From Minisyncoccota bacterium (GTDB taxonomy: Bacteria; Patescibacteriota; Minisyncoccia; Phycocordibacterales; UBA9973), in assembly GCA_036405895.1 (NCBI GenBank), contig DASWWS010000001.1:310468-363743 (forward strand): 53,276 nt of DNA, in the 5' to 3' direction. Under the pieces are notes generated by a model. It made no database searches and was not told the origin of the DNA. It worked only from the letters and a program-made list of their open reading frames with translations. This document shows positions 50,375-53,276 of this stretch, in pieces; positions within the stretch are counted from its first letter, which is position 1; the number at the start of each line of letters is the position of its first letter. The position numbers and the translations under genes were made by a program.

Positions 50375-53276
50375 GGCGTTGCTTCTGTTACCGGTTCAGA
50401 AGCTGGCGCTTCTGGTTCTGGAGTTGGTTCAGGCTCCGGTTGAGGTTCTGGAGTTGGGTCTGGTGTTGGTTCCGGTTCGGGTGTTGGTTCTTCAGAAGGA
50501 CCGTCCTCCTGTGGAGTTGGTTCCGGTTCTGGTTCAGGGTCTGGTTGTGGCTCTGGAGTTGGATCGGGGGTGTTGGTGGTGTTGTTGTATGAGCCGTTTG
50601 CACTATCAAGAAGCTCCTGCAGCTGGCTTTCGGTCACACATGTCTGCCCCACACAAAGCTTGTCGGTATTCACCCGCCCAATATTCGCTATCCCCTCTGC
50701 AATGCCTTCCAAGAATGCTGCGACTTTTGCCGCCATCGAGCCATCGTCTTCGAATTCTGGAAGGGCTTGGACTTTGATATCGAGATCTTTCACTCCCGCT
50801 ACAAGCAACGGTATTATGTCTGTATAGCTCACCCCCATGTAGCCCTGCGCATTTTCTGTTACCGCCTCTGGGAGCACGCGCCTTACATCTTGCGCTATCA
50901 AGAACGAGCGACTCACGGATAGGGGATCCGTTAAATATCTCGATGTTCCGGCTCGCAGAGAACTTATCTTACCTAAAGCATCAGTAAACGGCTGGAATGC
51001 CTCCATATCTTTCAGCCGTTCATCCGAAGAGGCGGTCCATGAAGTGCCTCCAGCCGCCAAATACACGCCACCCGATCCGTTTGCTCGAATATTTAATTGA
51101 GTGCTTGGTCCGGTGACACCTCCCATGAACATGTCAGCATTTGCCCCACTTCGCTTCCATGATTGCAAGTTTCCTGCTGCATCGGCTTCTATGGTTAAGC
51201 GAACGTCCGGACTGGTAGTCCCAATACCGACGTTGCCGTTTTCTAAGATAGTCACCCCTTCATTCGCATACTGCCCGGTGTCTGCAGAAATATGAATCGG
51301 GGCTCCTGTAATATTACTGATAGCAAATGCACCATCGACAGAGTTTGTCAGAAGTTGCCCCACTCCTCCGTTGAGCCCAATATTCGCATTACCTTGAAGG
51401 TTGGTGAACTGGAGATACGCATTGTCCGTACCCCCTGTTGAGCGGATGCGAACAGCAAGCGATGCGGCGTGCTCAATGTTGAGCTTGTATCCTGAAGTGG
51501 TTGCAGTACCAATACCCACTTCTCCGTTATTGGCAAGGAATATGCCGTTTGTCACCCCAGAAGTACCAAAGAGCATTTCACTTCCCAATACTCTCAAAGA
51601 GGTGTACTGAGCAGTGTTTCGGTTATAAGAAAGAATATCCGATGATGTTCCCCCCGTTCCCCCGTTCACCGGATTGAATTCAAGGCCGTTTGCCCCTCCA
51701 TTTGATACGACTAATTTTGCGAGAGGACTCGCTGTTCCAATACCAACATACCCACTCCCTGCCAAAATAGAAAGTCGCTCCACTTCATGGGCTGTGTTTT
51801 CCGCAGTTCCTCCGAGAGTAAAGAATCCCATTCGAGCATTTAACACTCCTGGTGTTGACGCAGTGTTAATGCTTTTTATTGCATTACTGTAGTAGAGCGT
51901 ACTTCCGGAGACAAATCCTCCAATATTGAGAGTACCAGTCACATCTCCTGCTACATTACCCTCATTTGTAATAAGTGCTGCTCCAGCAACATGCAATTTG
52001 GTATAAGGATTTGTTGTGCCAATACCGACTCTACCGTCTCCTCGAACCATAAACAACGGATTATTATTTCCCGTAACAACGTTAAGCGCGTAGTGAGTAC
52101 TGTCGAGTGCTGCTTGAATCCCCAACCCGTTCCCGCTTGCATGCGGGTTGTAAATATATTGGCCGTAGGCAGCAGCATTCGTTTCAACATAGAGACGTAT
52201 TGTTGATGGATTCGTTGTCCCGATACCGACGTTCCCATTCGTCTCAATACGCATGCGCTCTGCAATTGATCCTGCAGTCGGCTTTGTAAAGAATTTCAAG
52301 AGACCAGAATCAGCATTAACACTATCTGTCGTTGCTGAAATGATATTCGTCAATGTACCACCATTATGAAATGTGATTTGCCCTATAGTGCCATTGGCAA
52401 CACCTGTTGTTGTTGCAAGCTCCAAAGATCCGCGATTAGTGCTGGATCCTTGTATGGTAAGAGTAGTAGAGACGTTGCCATTTATGTTCGGAGTTGTTGT
52501 CCCAATACCCACATTTCCCTCACTGGTAACACGCATGCGCTCAAGAGGGTCTGAATTTGCTCGGGTAAGAATTGCAAAATAACCGGCTACATTGTTTAGA
52601 GTTGAATTTTCTTTTCTTCCCACTATTGTGGCAAAGTTAGTATACGAGGTACTGACTGCATTGTATTTGCCACCCAATCCCAGTGAGCCTCCCAAGTCTG
52701 CCGCATACGCATCAGAAGTAAAAATGTTTACGTTGGGCCTTCCACCATCGGTCACTAGCTTGCTCGCACCCACTACCTCTAAACTACTATTTGGTGTTGC
52801 TGTCCCAATACCAACGTTGCCTCCATTTGCCTGCAAGATCAAAGAAGATACAGCATTGTTAAAGTATGAATAGATATACGATGTTCCAGTAACCGTATCG
52901 TACCGAGTGGATAAGAAATTTTCATTGTCCTTTCCAATATCCAAACGAACGGTTCCTGTCGTACCGATGATTCGTGTATCGAGAATAGGCCGCGTTGCAG
53001 AGCCAATCATCAACTGATTAGCTGCAGTATTAGTTGCACTGCCGCCAAGTGCAATCGAGTTTGAGAATCCGCCGGTTGAAGTGGACTTCCCGATGAGGAT
53101 GGAGAAGTCGTCAGGGTCCGCAGTGTTGTCTACACTATCTCCACCCCCGGCTCCTTGTCCAATGAAGATTGAATTGCTGGCAGATACCGCGGTGTTTCCT
53201 GCATTATAGCCAATGAAGTTTGAGTAAGAGGCATCGGTTGCAAAGAGGCCAGCATAGGTCCCAATAAAGTTTGAAT
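50371..53276 (-). CDS. Second giant tail-fibre-like repeat protein (paralogue); N-terminus lies beyond the window edge
   Basis: The track gives 880 aa from TTG at 53013, but the frame is open with no stop up to base 53276 (my translation: SNFIGTYAGLFATDASYSNFIGYNAGNTAVSASNSIFIGQGAGG...). There are seven GNVGIGT-type modules and SSDERLKDM... is S74-like. It carries the same conserved extension and Pro/Glu tail as the 1593-aa gene. Its TGA overlaps the downstream ATG (ATGA at 50371-50374). Confidence 0.85.
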   Translation of the reverse strand, partial: SNFIGTYAGLFATDASYSNFIGYNAGNTAVSASNSIFIGQGAGGGDSVDNTADPDDFSILIGKSTSTGGFSNSIALGGSATNTAANQLMIGSATRPILDTRIIGTTGTVRLDIGKDNENFLSTRYDTVTGTSYIYSYFNNAVSSLILQANGGNVGIGTATPNSSLEVVGASKLVTDGGRPNVNIFTSDAYAADLGGSLGLGGKYNAVSTSYTNFATIVGRKENSTLNNVAGYFAILTRANSDPLERMRVTSEGNVGIGTTTPNINGNVSTTLTIQGSSTNRGSLELATTTGVANGTIGQITFHNGGTLTNIISATTDSVNADSGLLKFFTKPTAGSIAERMRIETNGNVGIGTTNPSTIRLYVETNAAAYGQYIYNPHASGNGLGIQAALDSTHYALNVVTGNNNPLFMVRGDGRVGIGTTNPYTKLHVAGAALITNEGNVAGDVTGTLNIGGFVSGSTLYYSNAIKSINTASTPGVLNARMGFFTLGGTAENTAHEVERLSILAGSGYVGIGTASPLAKLVVSNGGANGLEFNPVNGGTGGTSSDILSYNRNTAQYTSLRVLGSEMLFGTSGVTNGIFLANNGEVGIGTATTSGYKLNIEHAASLAVRIRSTGGTDNAYLQFTNLQGNANIGLNGGVGQLLTNSVDGAFAISNITGAPIHISADTGQYANEGVTILENGNVGIGTTSPDVRLTIEADAAGNLQSWKRSGANADMFMGGVTGPSTQLNIRANGSGGVYLAAGGTSWTASSDERLKDMEAFQPFTDALGKISSLRAGTSRYLTDPLSVSRSFLIAQDVRRVLPEAVTENAQGYMGVSYTDIIPLLVAGVKDLDIKVQALPEFEDDGSMAAKVAAFLEGIAEGIANIGRVNTDKLCVGQTCVTESQLQELLDSANGSYNNTTNTPDPTPEPQPDPEPEPEPTPQEDGPSEEPTPEPEPTPDPTPEPQPEPEPTPEPEAPASEPVTEATP
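50374..50571 (-). repeat. Low-complexity Pro/Glu-coding tandem repeat (C-terminal tail of the upstream giant protein)
   Basis: TPDPTPEPQPDPEPEPEPTPQEDGPSEEPTPEPEPTPDPTPEPQPEPEPTPEPE. It contains ggttcttcagaaggaccgtcctcct at 50486-50510. Confidence 0.9.

Noticed and set aside
45510-53000. Numerous plus-strand ORFs across the giant genes, for example 45510..45863 (GSG-rich), 46839..47171, 48291..48602, 51401..51610 and 52592..52873
   Set aside because: They are antisense shadows. They repeatedly contain VPIPT(L/F)P, the reverse-complement reading of GNVGIGT, or Gly/Ser runs opposite the Pro/Glu tail.
45593-53276. Prophage tail module
   Set aside because: The fibres have phage-like domains, but no capsid, portal, terminase, baseplate, lysis or integrase gene is visible. 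The downstream genes are lepA and cell-division genes, and one fibre has its own signal/anchor. I cannot exclude phage genes beyond 53276.

Overview
This 53.3-kb window looks like a small-genome, Patescibacteria/CPR-like bacterium. That is an inference from gene content only: a short ValRS, a PriA with degenerate ATPase motifs, sigma-region-4/HARE-HTH proteins, type IV pilins and many leaderless-looking starts. No database search or computation was possible, so all domain calls rest on motifs read by eye from the supplied translations and from my own translation of unlisted frames. I support about 57 protein genes, 4 tRNAs (Glu-UUC, Val-GAC, Phe-GAA, Arg-CCU) and one tRNA 3'-half-like fragment. 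I recognised no rRNA, CRISPR array, transposase or integrase. Bases 1-29 kb are mostly housekeeping: pepF (partial), MgtC, mnmA, a DEDDh exonuclease, mltG, rseP, frr, a delta-prime-like gene, mreB, priA, rpsU, ybeY, ftsA, ftsZ, trxB, an SGNH hydrolase, a P-type ATPase, folD, an L,D-transpeptidase and an ATP-grasp protein. This stretch also holds an orphan ParB-like gene paired with an unknown partner, and two antisense genes wedged between ftsA and ftsZ. Bases 29.3-35.3 kb are accessory. They include a visibly AT-rich four-gene island made of two divergent operons, a membrane/coiled-coil protein plus GNAT facing a Cas2-fold-like small protein plus a PIN-like (DUF4935-type) nuclease. The island abuts two divergent tRNA genes that are bracketed by a nearly identical GC-rich inverted repeat element. 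Bases 35.3-45 kb return to housekeeping: gmk, tsaD, valS, a PrsW-like protease, hsp20, a pilin, a glutaredoxin-like protein, an FtsB-like protein and lepA. Bases 45-53.3 kb hold the most striking structure: two translationally coupled giant tail-fibre-like surface proteins (1593 aa, and more than 968 aa running off the window edge). They are built from GNVGIGT-type modules. Each ends in an SD(K/E)RLK intramolecular-chaperone (peptidase S74-like) module plus a conserved extra module and a Pro/Glu tail. A type IV pilin gene follows directly, and there is no phage context. A 16-25 nt palindromic element is shared between tsaD and the giant-gene tails.
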